DNA of 64,000 bases from Candidatus Multivoradales bacterium (GTDB lineage: Bacteria; Acidobacteriota; Thermoanaerobaculia; Multivoradales; JAHEKO01), in contig CBDCVR010000013.1 in NCBI GenBank assembly GCA_965223155.1, positions 704,001 through 768,000 of the forward strand, written 5' to 3'. Positions 1-9,082 of this stretch are shown in pieces. Under the pieces are notes generated by a model that had not been told where the DNA came from, made no database searches, and saw nothing but the letters and a program-made list of their open reading frames with translations. The translations under genes were made by a program, and so were the position numbers. How positions within the stretch are numbered: position 1 is the stretch's first letter; every line of letters starts with the position of its first letter.

Positions 1-3000
1 CCGGGCCAGCGATCTGCATCTCCGGCCGGCCCAGTAGACCGGTGTGGATCACCAAGTACAGGACCCCGAGGGCAGCCAGCCAAAGTGCACCTAGGAGAAC
101 GTACTGCAGATTGCGGGGCCATCGGCCGTCGGGGGGCCAACGATCCCGCAGGCTAAAGACCACCAACCAAAGCACCACGATGGCCGCGTACACGAGCCGA
201 ACCTGAGTCAGGCCAAGCCCAAGGAGCAGCCAGTCAGCCCAAGTCAAGGGTGCAGCGCCCCAGCGACCGAGCACCCAGGCGCCAACGACAAGCAACGGCA
301 GGTACAGCCACAGCGTCACGACGGAACCCCAGCGTGGCCCGCCCGCCCACAATAGCCACCGGTTCGCTGGCACCAGAAAGTCGACGGCTACGTTCGCCGC
401 CGGAGAACCCAGGACGACTTCCGGCACCACCTCCACGAGATCCAACCCGTCAGGCTGCCGCCAAACTGCATGAACTTCGTGGCTTCCGGGCTCGACACTA
501 AACAGCAACCGCCCGTCCTCTACTTGGGCAGGCTGGGGCTCTCCATCGATCTGAAACTTCAGGAGCTCCGCTTTCTCCGGCAGCGTCAGGACCTCTTCGC
601 CACCCTGACTGGTGCGCAGCTCGAGGCTCAGCTCGCCGCGGAGGAACCGGCGGCCGGGTCCAACCCTCAGTCGGACGGCGTCCAGAGTTGTTGTTGCACC
701 CGGAGCCGCAGCCGGGCGTGTCAGTCGAAGCGTCAGGCTCTCTCCAGGCCAGGGCCTCCATTCCGGGCGCCAGGTCGCATTCTCCATGTAGCGTGACGGG
801 GCAAGCCCCCCGGCGCTGCAAGTCCAGATCGGCGAGCAAGCCAGTACCCAGCGCTCCAGCCATGGACGGTCCTCGGGAGCCTTCAGCACGAGGGAGTCCG
901 TTTCGTCAAGGGTGGAGTCCCAACGGCGTTCCGTCTCGCCCCGCTCCAGGGTGATCGCGGCCGTGTTGTCTTCGACTCGGATTCCCCCAGTGGTCACTGA
1001 CTCCCCGGGAAGCAAAGGTATCGAGACGGCTACCGAGCTATCCGAGGGTCCAAGTCGTTTGAGCTCGCTGTGGACCAACCATGGGATGCCGAGATCGAGC
1101 TCCCGAGTCAGCTCGAGCCAGGGGGCAAGCTCTGCGACGCCTACGTCCGCAGCAGTCGGGAGGAGGCGGTCCAGACGCACGGAGGCCGGAGGCGGGGCGT
1201 CCGGTCGAAAGCCGGTGATCGACCAACCGTCTCCCCGCCATTCCATCGTTCGAGGCCGCAGCGGCATCTGCAGGGTCAGTGTGTCGCGAGCCGGCCCAGA
1301 TAGGGCGACCTGGTGCGTTCCCGGTTCGAGCCGCAGCTCTAGAAAACCATCCGTTCCACGCCGCAACGCCGCCGTCGGCTGGCCGTCAAGTAGAACTCGC
1401 TCGGGCATCCACGAGGATACGGGGCCCGGAAGAGGCCACGCGGATCTAGCGCTTGCATGGACCTCAGCGTCAATGCTCACGCCTTCGCGATTTGCCTGGA
1501 GGGACAAGGCGGCAACCTCCACACAATTCGGGTGGCATGCCGGGGCAGCGGTCAGGCGACGCTCTAGCTCAGTCAGGACGCCATTCGTAGGCGTCTCGGG
1601 TTCCTGCGCCAGAGCTGGAACGGTTAGCAGTAGAAGGGCGACCGCCGTCACGGTCGCTGCCAGCTCGCTCTCCGCCGCCGATATGCCTTCGGCGGGGCCC
1701 GGGTGACGCCGCGAATCAAGAAGCCAGAAGGCGAGCAACAACATCCCGACAATCCTCGCCAGCGAGAGCAGCCGCTCAACGCCTGGCGAGATGAGCAGCA
1801 AGCGTAGCCGCTGCTCCGGTGCCACCGGCCCCGACCAAGTGAGGGAGTAGACGTGCCAAGACCATCGCGGCACACCAGGTCCGGTCTGGACCACAGCGGC
1901 GGCATCGACCAGGCGAGAACGCTTGCCGTAACTGGTCGATCCCGAATCGATCTCTTGCTCCTTGTCGGCCAGGTCGCGACCCTCGATCGCATCGACTCGC
2001 GGGGCACCGTACCGTTTCCAACTCCCAGTCGCCACCGGGCCGGACAGGCCGGCCTCTGCGAGCACGTCTCCTTGCCCGGTCATGCGTTCGAAGGCCGTGA
2101 ACTCGGGTTCGGCAAGAGGAGCTCCGCTGCGCCAGAACGTCGACGAATGCTCGAGCTGAGGGAAGACACCGGACCGCCACTGAGCCGAACAGAACAAGAC
2201 GAGCTGCAGGACGAGAGCAACACCTACGGCCCACCGTGCCCCGCTGACAATGCGCGCTGGCCCACCAGTCGGAAGCGCTCGTAGCAGCGCGAGGAGCGCC
2301 AAAAGCGCCAGCACCCAAAACACGAGCGGCGGCGCGTGGGGCTCGTGCCACGCGAGACCGAACACCAAGAAGGCAAGCACTCCCCACCGCCAGTTGGCCA
2401 GTTTCCAGACGGCGAGAGTGATCAACAGCAGAAAGAAGAAATCGAAAAGACTCCAAGCATCGGCAAGGGCACCGTGAGTGCGATCGGCTCCGAGCGCCGC
2501 CAGCAGCAACCACCCAGGCGGCACGTTCAATCTGATACTCAGTGACGGCGCGTACCGGTCCCATCCGACGGCGGGGAGCCCATCCCGTCTCGGATACACG
2601 AGCTCCGCACGCAAATCCAGATCCTCGCCCCTCACCTCGACTCCCGGAAGGCCGCTTTGCTCCCCGACGGTGATCACCTGTTCCGCGGTGACCTGCCCTA
2701 AGGCCACCCTGCCGAGCTCGGCTGGCTCAAGTACCTCGAGACGGCCGCCGGTCTGAAGGCTCCCCCGTAGGTGGTCGCGCGAGGTAATCAGATCTCCGCG
2801 CTCGGACAGCCACCACTCCCGTCGCACGTCCAGTGAATCAGGCGGCGGTGGTGCCCGTCCACGGCGCAACTCGCTCAAGATCAGCGTGCCGCCCTTAGCG
2901 ACTCGAAACGCGGGTAGGGACCACCATTCAGCAGGTAGCGGCGTGCGCTGTGGATCCACTCCTGGCGCACCCTCGACTCTCACCGAGCGAGTGGAAAGGT

Positions 3001-3895
3001 CCGCTTGGAAAACCCAGTACTCTTCATCGGGCCAGGGATCCGGTCTCTCGGCAAGGTTGATCTCGGAAACCGGGTCGCGGCTGCGGGCTTCGAGGGTGAT
3101 CAGCCATTCGCCAGGACGCAACTGGGTAAGGAGGCGGCGGCCGTCACTGCTGTTTCCGACCAGCCGTACCGGCAAGGAACTGGTAACCGCAGTCGGCAGA
3201 AAACCCGGTGGCAGAGGATCACCAAGGTCGAACTCCCGCGCCCGGCCCGAAACGCGGAGCTCAAGCCGCACCGTCATGCGCACGGGCACCCCGTCGTCAA
3301 TGCGCCGCACCACCTGGACCGCCACTCGATCATTCTCGATCTCAGCCCGAGTACCGGCGAGCCAAAGGAGCCCTCCCTCTTCGCGACGCGGGAAGGGCAC
3401 GTTTCGACCACTCACCCGTAGGCGTATGAGGCCGATCTCCGGCGGCACCGCCAGCCCCTCGGGAAGTCGGCTCCATTGAAATCGACCGCTCAGGCGGTGG
3501 TGCCCCCTCGCGAGCGCTACGGCCGGCTGTTCACCTACGCGCCGCAATAGAGCTGGACGCCCGTCGACAGTGACACGGCGCGGCCAGTGGGACCTATCGC
3601 CGGGGAGGGGAAGATCCACATCGCGATCGGCGAACACGTCGAGCCGAAAGGAGCCTCCCTGCCCCGAAAGATCGAGCTCCAAGCGGCCAGGCCACGCACA
3701 CAGACGCTCATCCGCCACCAACGGGCAGGGCATGTTTGGATGCTTGGCGAGAACCCACGGCACCCACGGCCTCAGCGGATCCGGCACGGCCACCTCCGGT
3801 GGCTGGGCGCTCAATGGCCCCGTGGCAAACAAGAGCAGCGCCGCCAGCGGCCTGGCTGGACTCGCCCTTCCTATTCGCCTCAAGTTGGAGAACAC
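1..3895 (-). CDS. Large (>1,290 aa) signal-peptide-bearing integral membrane hypothetical protein; 3' end outside the window
   Basis: Missing from the ORF track, consistent with no stop before the edge. Three hand-translated segments share one frame: N-term VFSNLRR..LAALLLFATGPLSAQ-PPEVAVPDPLRPWVPWVL..CP..CAWPGRLELDL; middle PWLERWVLACSPIWTCSAGGLAP; C-term RWLLWAGGPRWGSVVTLW..DWLLLGLGLTQ..TGLLGRPEMQIAG. TATACT lies 10 nt upstream of GTG 3895. Not every codon was checked. Confidence 0.85.
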   Translation of the reverse strand, partial: MFSNLRRIGRASPARPLAALLLFATGPLSAQPPEVAVPDPLRPWVPWVLAKHPNMPCPLVADERLCAWPGRLELDLSGQGGSFRLDVFADRDVDLPLPGDRSHWPRRVTVDGRPALLRRVGEQPAVALARGHHRLSGRFQWSRLPEGLAVPPEIGLIRLRVSGRNVPFPRREEGGLLWLAGTRAEIENDRVAVQVVRRIDDGVPVRMTVRLELRVSGRAREFDLGDPLPPGFLPTAVTSSLPVRLVGNSSDGRRLLTQLRPGEWLITLEARSRDPVSEINLAERPDPWPDEEYWVFQADLSTRSVRVEGAPGVDPQRTPLPAEWWSLPAFRVAKGGTLILSELRRGRAPPPPDSLDVRREWWLSERGDLITSRDHLRGSLQTGGRLEVLEPAELGRVALGQVTAEQVITVGEQSGLPGVEVRGEDLDLRAELVYPRRDGLPAVGWDRYAPSLSIRLNVPPGWLLLAALGADRTHGALADAWSLFDFFFLLLITLAVWKLANWRWGVLAFLVFGLAWHEPHAPPLVFWVLALLALLALLRALPTGGPARIVSGARWAVGVALVLQLVLFCSAQWRSGVFPQLEHSSTFWRSGAPLAEPEFTAFERMTGQGDVLAEAGLSGPVATGSWKRYGAPRVDAIEGRDLADKEQEIDSGSTSYGKRSRLVDAAAVVQTGPGVPRWSWHVYSLTWSGPVAPEQRLRLLLISPGVERLLSLARIVGMLLLAFWLLDSRRHPGPAEGISAAESELAATVTAVALLLLTVPALAQEPETPTNGVLTELERRLTAAPACHPNCVEVAALSLQANREGVSIDAEVHASARSAWPLPGPVSSWMPERVLLDGQPTAALRRGTDGFLELRLEPGTHQVALSGPARDTLTLQMPLRPRTMEWRGDGWSITGFRPDAPPPASVRLDRLLPTAADVGVAELAPWLELTRELDLGIPWLVHSELKRLGPSDSSVAVSIPLLPGESVTTGGIRVEDNTAAITLERGETERRWDSTLDETDSLVLKAPEDRPWLERWVLACSPIWTCSAGGLAPSRYMENATWRPEWRPWPGESLTLRLTRPAAAPGATTTLDAVRLRVGPGRRFLRGELSLELRTSQGGEEVLTLPEKAELLKFQIDGEPQPAQVEDGRLLFSVEPGSHEVHAVWRQPDGLDLVEVVPEVVLGSPAANVAVDFLVPANRWLLWAGGPRWGSVVTLWLYLPLLVVGAWVLGRWGAAPLTWADWLLLGLGLTQVRLVYAAIVVLWLVVFSLRDRWPPDGRWPRNLQYVLLGALWLAALGVLYLVIHTGLLGRPEMQIAGP

Positions 3896-4087
3896 TAGGT
3901 GCCAGAGTATACGAGTTTCGTCTACTCTCGGCGGTTGGCACGCCCCCTCGACCAGCCCGTGGGTTTCCCCCGCTCACCTTCCGCTGGACCATGTCTCTCA
4001 CAGGCTAGCGCGTCTACTCCCCGGCAGCCACGGACCGCCCCAGCCGCCCCCCAGTCCCCACACAATCCTCCGCGCTACCTCCCCACC

Positions 4088-5425
4088 CTACCCACCGCCC
4101 AGAGGGAATCCCTTCGGCCACGGGCCGGTAGACGGTCCGGGGCCTGAACCGCGCCCGGGAACCGACGGATCCCAGGGACAGCGCCCATCCTCCGACGACA
4201 TGTACAAGCACTGCTTCCGCCGCCAGAAGTCGAAGGCGTCATCCGGTGAGATCGGCTGAAAGTTGGCGCAGCGAAACTCGCCGTCCACGCCGTAGGCGAC
4301 CTTGCGTTGCTCCTCGCAGCGAACGACCTCGGCAACGGCCCGTTTCTGCTCTTCGGTCATCGGGACGCTACAGGTAAATCCCCGTTCGGGATCGGGCCTG
4401 ACCTCGGCAGGGTCGGGACAGTTGTTCATGCCACTCACGAGCGCCTTGCACTTGTAGAGACTCCAGTTCGCCCGGTCGCACTCGGCCATGAACTCCTTCC
4501 AGGCTCGCTTTCGTTCCGCGCAATAGTCCCTGCAGGTCTCCTCGACGCACCGCGTCACGCCGGGTTGCGGGTTGGGACCCTCGGGTTCGGGGTCCGGCTC
4601 GGGCTTGGGATCGGGATCGGCGGGCTTGGGGTCCGGTTTCGGGGTTTCCTTCTCGATCTTCTCGAGGGTGGCGCAGGCGCTGGTGTTTCCGGCCTTGCAC
4701 TGGGCCTCGAGCACCTTCCTGCCATTGTTGTACTGCTGGCCGTACGGCGAGGAAGTTCCGCTCCAGTCCTTCATCTTCTCCTGAGGCGGCTTGCCCGCGA
4801 ACACGTCTCGAGCCCCTCGACGAGAAGCTTCCTTGGCCCGCTGCGCTTTGGCCATGTTGTACGGGATCTTGAAGATCTCGGTCGCCACCTTGACGGGGCT
4901 CCAAGCGACCCACTGATGGACCGACGACTGGCAGTTCTCGAGCTGCTCGTTGATCTTCTTCTTGGTCTGGTCGACGGCGTTGGTGTAGGTCGCCCCACCT
5001 CCGGCAATGTCGAATTGATCCTTGAGTCCGTCATCCAGCAAGACCTCGCACTTCTTGCGGATGGCGTCGCGGTCCTTCTTGGAGACGTCGGTTGGCTCGG
5101 GCCGAGGGGCCGGCTCATCGGACGGTGTACGAGGGGAATCTCCCGGTTCGAAGACGACGGCCGCTCCTGACGTGCACTCGATCAGGGCCTTGCCCGTTCG
5201 CACGGCATAGTGGGATTCGAGCTCGTCCAGAATCTGTCGAAGCTCGTAGGCCCGCGCCGCGCCCTGGATCGCTTCCAAAACCTCGTCGATCTCGTCTCGC
5301 GACACACACTCCACGTCCCCGTCGCCTTCGACCCAGCAGAAGAGCGTCTCGGCGAAGACGGTGCTTGCGCCCGAGAGCAGGACGAAGGCACACAAGAAGC
5401 CGACGAGTCTTGGTTTGCGCGTCAT
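4088..5425 (-). CDS. Secreted cysteine-rich hypothetical protein (445 aa)
   Basis: AGGAG RBS before ATG; Sec signal MTRKPRLVGFLCAFVLLSGASTVFA; 19 Cys; PKPDPKPADPDPKPEPDPEP linker. Confidence 0.8.
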   Translation of the reverse strand: MTRKPRLVGFLCAFVLLSGASTVFAETLFCWVEGDGDVECVSRDEIDEVLEAIQGAARAYELRQILDELESHYAVRTGKALIECTSGAAVVFEPGDSPRTPSDEPAPRPEPTDVSKKDRDAIRKKCEVLLDDGLKDQFDIAGGGATYTNAVDQTKKKINEQLENCQSSVHQWVAWSPVKVATEIFKIPYNMAKAQRAKEASRRGARDVFAGKPPQEKMKDWSGTSSPYGQQYNNGRKVLEAQCKAGNTSACATLEKIEKETPKPDPKPADPDPKPEPDPEPEGPNPQPGVTRCVEETCRDYCAERKRAWKEFMAECDRANWSLYKCKALVSGMNNCPDPAEVRPDPERGFTCSVPMTEEQKRAVAEVVRCEEQRKVAYGVDGEFRCANFQPISPDDAFDFWRRKQCLYMSSEDGRCPWDPSVPGRGSGPGPSTGPWPKGFPLGGG

Positions 5426-5505
5426 GTCACTCCTGCGAAGATCCCTCTCCCCACCGCAGGAGCGAAGCTCTGTGAAGACACCAATTCCGTTCGACTAGGC
5501 CTAGT

Positions 5506-5664
5506 CTATGCCGCGCTTTGGTGGCGGGCGCAGGAGAGCGTGCGGTACTGCCCAAGGGGATCGTCGAAGCGACCCGTGCGGGGATCGGGAAGATAGACGG
5601 CCGGCGGATAGTCGAGCGGCCCGGCAACGTGTCCCACGCGCCAGACCCGCGAGCCGGACTTCAG
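5506..5664 (-). pseudogene. Truncated RES-domain toxin (N-terminal ~52 codons only)
   Basis: VWRVGHVAGPLDYPP..GRFDDPLGQYRTLSCA then TAG. Resembles the RES N-terminus (VWRVG..GR[FW]DDP.G.[YF]RTLY.A) and overlaps the antitoxin stop codon. Confidence 0.65.
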
Positions 5665-6044
5665 TACGCGCTCTCCAGGAAGGAGATCGCCGTGGGCACG
5701 ATGTACCGACATTCCTCCGGCGTCGTCGCGTCGTGGAGAACGACGGCCGGAGCGGTGTAGTCGAGAAACGAGCTCGTCCCGAGGAACCAGGTCCGGGCCG
5801 TCTCGTCCCCGATCTGTTCCACGAGCAGTCGCGCGGCGTCGTAGGCCGACCGGAGCCGTACTTCGCGGGTGAAGGCAGGCTGGATTCTCCCCGACGCCCA
5901 GCGGCCGACCGTCTTCGGGTCCCCGACTCCGGCGAGGAACGCCGTGAGCTTCTGCCCGAGATGCTTCTGCAAGTAGCCGGCAACCTCCGCCAGGGCGGGT
6001 GCTACCTGTTGTGGGGGCTTGGTTGCTAGCTGCGCGTGGGCCAT
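5661..6044 (-). CDS. Xre/MbcA/ParS-like antitoxin (HTH)
   Basis: AGGAGG RBS; LGQKLTAFLAGVGDPKTVGRWASG HTH; C-terminal ARTWFLG..LD..APAVVL as in RES-associated antitoxins. Confidence 0.8.
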   Translation of the reverse strand: MAHAQLATKPPQQVAPALAEVAGYLQKHLGQKLTAFLAGVGDPKTVGRWASGRIQPAFTREVRLRSAYDAARLLVEQIGDETARTWFLGTSSFLDYTAPAVVLHDATTPEECRYIVPTAISFLESAY

Positions 6045-6098
6045 GGGGAACCTCCTAGGGTCTGCCAACGGATCTCAGCCTGGCAACTCGCCCCCTAG

Positions 6099-6127
6099 TA
6101 CGCAACCTTGTACGCCGCCCAATACGC
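6099..6127. promoter_or_regulatory. Three TACGC direct repeats with 12-bp period upstream of the antitoxin (possible operator)
   Basis: TACGC at 6099, 6111 and 6123. Confidence 0.3.
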
Positions 6128-6134
6128 TCCCTCT

Positions 6135-7370
6135 CTAGCCAAAGCCACCGCCCAGCACTCGCGCCGCCGCCCGCAGCAGATTCGAGGCACCGAGGCCGAG
6201 GGCGACGAGGGTCACGAGGGTCATGGAGGCGTTGGCCCAGGGGCCGTTGACGGCGTCGCCCAGAAGGTCGCGGTCGTTGACGGCGGCGAGCAGGAAGACT
6301 GCGACGACCGGCAGCAGGATGCCGTTCAGGATCTGAGCCGCGAGGATGACGGGCACGGGGCTCGCCCCGGCCAGGCCGAAGGCGAGGCCGACGGCGAGGA
6401 CGCCCAACCAGACGGCGCGGAACCGGACCGAGCGGTCCCTCCAGAGCGGATCGTCGCTGCCGCCACGGGTCCCGCTACCAAAGAGCCCCCGAGCGGTGAT
6501 CGCCGCCGCCAGAGGTGCGGTGACCGCCGAGGACAGGCCGGCGGCGAAGAGTCCGGCGGCGAAAAGCCCTCGGGCCCACGGGCCGAGACGGCCGGCGAGG
6601 ACGTCGGAGAGACCAGCGAAGGAAAACGGTCCGTCCAGTGCCGCGCCCACGACTAGAACGCCCATCGAGATGATTCCGCCCAGAACGACGGCGACCGCCA
6701 GGCCGAAACGCAGCTCGCGGAGGTCTTGGCCGCTAGCTAGCCCGGAGCCCAGAAACAGGTTGTAGGGCACCACGGTGGTGCCGATCAGAGCGACGACCAG
6801 AAGGCCGGAGCCGGCCGGCATCGAGGGCTTGAGCGTTCCCACCACAAGCTCGCCCAGGGGCGGTCCCAGACGGAGGGCGGTCCAGAGGAAGGCAACGCCC
6901 ATGACCGCCACAAGTGCGCTCAAGCAGTAGGCGATGCGCCGGGGCGAGTTGAGCCACAGCAGCACTGCCGCGAGAGCGACGATGGCGACGGTGAGCTGAC
7001 GAGGCGACAGGGGCAAGGCCAGGGCCGCGCCCGCCACGCCCCCGAGGATGTTGCCGGCCTCGTAGGCGGCGCAGCCCAGGATCACGGCCCCGGAGACCAG
7101 GATGAGGATGGCCGCGCTCCTCCAGCCGGCCGGATACCGGTCCCGGAGGGCTTCGCCCAGGTTCCGTCCCGAGACCACGGTGAGCCGGGCGGCCGCTTCC
7201 TGGAGGACCAGGCACGCGAAGGTCGAGAACGCCAGCGCCCAGAGAAGCGCGTAACCGTATCCGGCGCCAGCCGAGGCGGCGGCCGTGACCGTGCCCGGAC
7301 CGATGAAGGCCGCAGCCACGATCGACCACAGGAGGATCGAGGCCAAGCGGCGCCAGGGAGCTGTCGTCAT
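6135..7370 (-). CDS. NRAMP-fold transporter (YcsG-like)
   Basis: AAAFIGPGTVTAAASAGAGYGYALLW, QEAAARL, IGTTVVPYNLFL; ~11 TM segments; TGATG coupling to the upstream gene. Confidence 0.85.
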   Translation of the reverse strand: MTTAPWRRLASILLWSIVAAAFIGPGTVTAAASAGAGYGYALLWALAFSTFACLVLQEAAARLTVVSGRNLGEALRDRYPAGWRSAAILILVSGAVILGCAAYEAGNILGGVAGAALALPLSPRQLTVAIVALAAVLLWLNSPRRIAYCLSALVAVMGVAFLWTALRLGPPLGELVVGTLKPSMPAGSGLLVVALIGTTVVPYNLFLGSGLASGQDLRELRFGLAVAVVLGGIISMGVLVVGAALDGPFSFAGLSDVLAGRLGPWARGLFAAGLFAAGLSSAVTAPLAAAITARGLFGSGTRGGSDDPLWRDRSVRFRAVWLGVLAVGLAFGLAGASPVPVILAAQILNGILLPVVAVFLLAAVNDRDLLGDAVNGPWANASMTLVTLVALGLGASNLLRAAARVLGGGFG

Positions 7371-9082
7371 CAAGTCGGCTCCGGATCGATCTCGTCGGTC
7401 CTGACGGCCTCGGCCCCGGACTCCACCGGACCGTAGCCGCCGCCGCCCGGGGTTTCGAGCACCAGCCGGTCTCCGGCTTCGACCTCGCAACCATCGATCG
7501 GCGCCAGCGAGACGATCTCACCGGAGGCCCGAAGGACCCTCTGGCGGCCGGCCCGGCCCGGCTCGCCGCCGTCGAGGCCAGCCGGCCGTTGCGCCCGCGA
7601 CTGGGTCACCACCGAAAGCGAAAGCGGCTCCAGGAACTCGATCTCCCGCACGATCCCGTCCCCACCGTTGTGTGTGCCGGCTCCGCCCGAACCTTGCCGC
7701 ACGCCAAGACGGTGCAGGCGGACCGGATAGCGCTGTTCGAGGATCTCGGGATCCGTGATCGCGGTGTTGGTCATGTGGGTGTGGACGGCCGAGGCGCCGT
7801 CAAAGCCGGGGCCGGCGCCCGCTCCCCCACCGACGGTCTCGTAGTAGGCGAAGCGCTCGTTGCCGAACAGAACGTTGTTCATCGTACCCTGGCTGCCGGC
7901 CACGACGCCGAGGGCCGCGAGCAGGGTCTCGACCACCCGCTGGCTGGTCTCGACGTTGCCTCCGACCACCGCCGGGGCGAGCGCGGGATCGGATGGGAAC
8001 GGAGGATTCAGCAGCCCTTCAGGGATCACCAGCTCGACGTTCTCGAGCAACCCCTCGTTGAGCGGCAGCGGCTCGTCGACTAGCAAGCGCAGCACGTAGA
8101 GCACGGCGCTCCGAACGATGCCGGGCACGGCGTTCAGGTTGCCGGGGTGGACGCCGGCGGTCCCGGAGAAATCGATCCGAACGGGCTCGCCGGCGCCGGC
8201 GGGCACGTCGATCGCGACCCGAATCTCGGAGCCGTCGTCGAGCCGGCCCTGAGCTCGGTACCGCCGGCCCGCGAATCGGCCGAGAGCCTTCGCCAGACCG
8301 GACGCGGCTTGGCGGGCGAGAGCCGTCATCATGCGCTCGACCGTATCGGCGCCGCTGGTGTGGGCCAGTTCCACCAGGAGCTCGGCGCCGCGCCGGTTGG
8401 CGGCGACGGCGGCGGCCAGATCGGCCAGGTTCTCGGATACCGCCCGCGAGGGATACGGTCCCGAGGTCAGAAGCGCGCGCACCTGATCCCAGGCGAAGAC
8501 GCCGTCGCGAGCGCCCATCTGATCCGTGGCCTGATTCCCGGCCTGGGCACTGGCCTCAGCCTCGTTCGGAACTCCGTTCGTATCGCCAGCCCGAGCCAGC
8601 AGCATCGGCTCGATCACCACCCCTTCTTCGGCCAAACTGGCGGCATCCGGAGGCATCGAACCGGGGCGGCTCCCGCCGATCTCGGCGTGGTGGGCCCGAT
8701 TGGCGACAAAGCCCAGAAGCCGGGAGGTCCCGTTGTCGCCGCCAACCCCGGGCGACACGAACACCGGACTGACCACGGTCACGTCCGGCAGGTGCGAGCC
8801 GCCGAAGGCCGGATGGTTGGTGACCGCGACGTCGCCCGGCCGCCAGTCGAAGCGCGCGGTGAGCGCGCGCACACACATCCCGAGCGCCCCGAGATGGACC
8901 GGGATGTGGGGCGCGTTGACCACCAGCCTGCCTTCGCGATCCAGAAGCGCGCAGGAGAAGTCCCGGCGTTCCTTGACGTTGACCGAGACCGCCGTGCGCT
9001 CGAGAAGCTCGCCCATCTCGCTCACTACTTGCCGGAACCGGTTCGTAAAGAGCTCGAGCTGAATCGCCTCGGATCGGCTCAT
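7370..9082 (-). CDS. Hydantoinase B / 5-oxoprolinase subunit B
   Basis: [63 protein letters not shown]. Confidence 0.93.
   Translation of the reverse strand: MSRSEAIQLELFTNRFRQVVSEMGELLERTAVSVNVKERRDFSCALLDREGRLVVNAPHIPVHLGALGMCVRALTARFDWRPGDVAVTNHPAFGGSHLPDVTVVSPVFVSPGVGGDNGTSRLLGFVANRAHHAEIGGSRPGSMPPDAASLAEEGVVIEPMLLARAGDTNGVPNEAEASAQAGNQATDQMGARDGVFAWDQVRALLTSGPYPSRAVSENLADLAAAVAANRRGAELLVELAHTSGADTVERMMTALARQAASGLAKALGRFAGRRYRAQGRLDDGSEIRVAIDVPAGAGEPVRIDFSGTAGVHPGNLNAVPGIVRSAVLYVLRLLVDEPLPLNEGLLENVELVIPEGLLNPPFPSDPALAPAVVGGNVETSQRVVETLLAALGVVAGSQGTMNNVLFGNERFAYYETVGGGAGAGPGFDGASAVHTHMTNTAITDPEILEQRYPVRLHRLGVRQGSGGAGTHNGGDGIVREIEFLEPLSLSVVTQSRAQRPAGLDGGEPGRAGRQRVLRASGEIVSLAPIDGCEVEAGDRLVLETPGGGGYGPVESGAEAVRTDEIDPEPT

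Noticed and set aside
1-3895. Possible frameshifted pseudogene, since the track shows no long ORF
   Set aside because: Start, middle and end segments translate in one frame; the ORF simply has no stop inside the window.
4000-6130. Mobile element or genomic island
   Set aside because: The content looks accessory, but no integrase, transposase, tRNA or terminal repeats were found.
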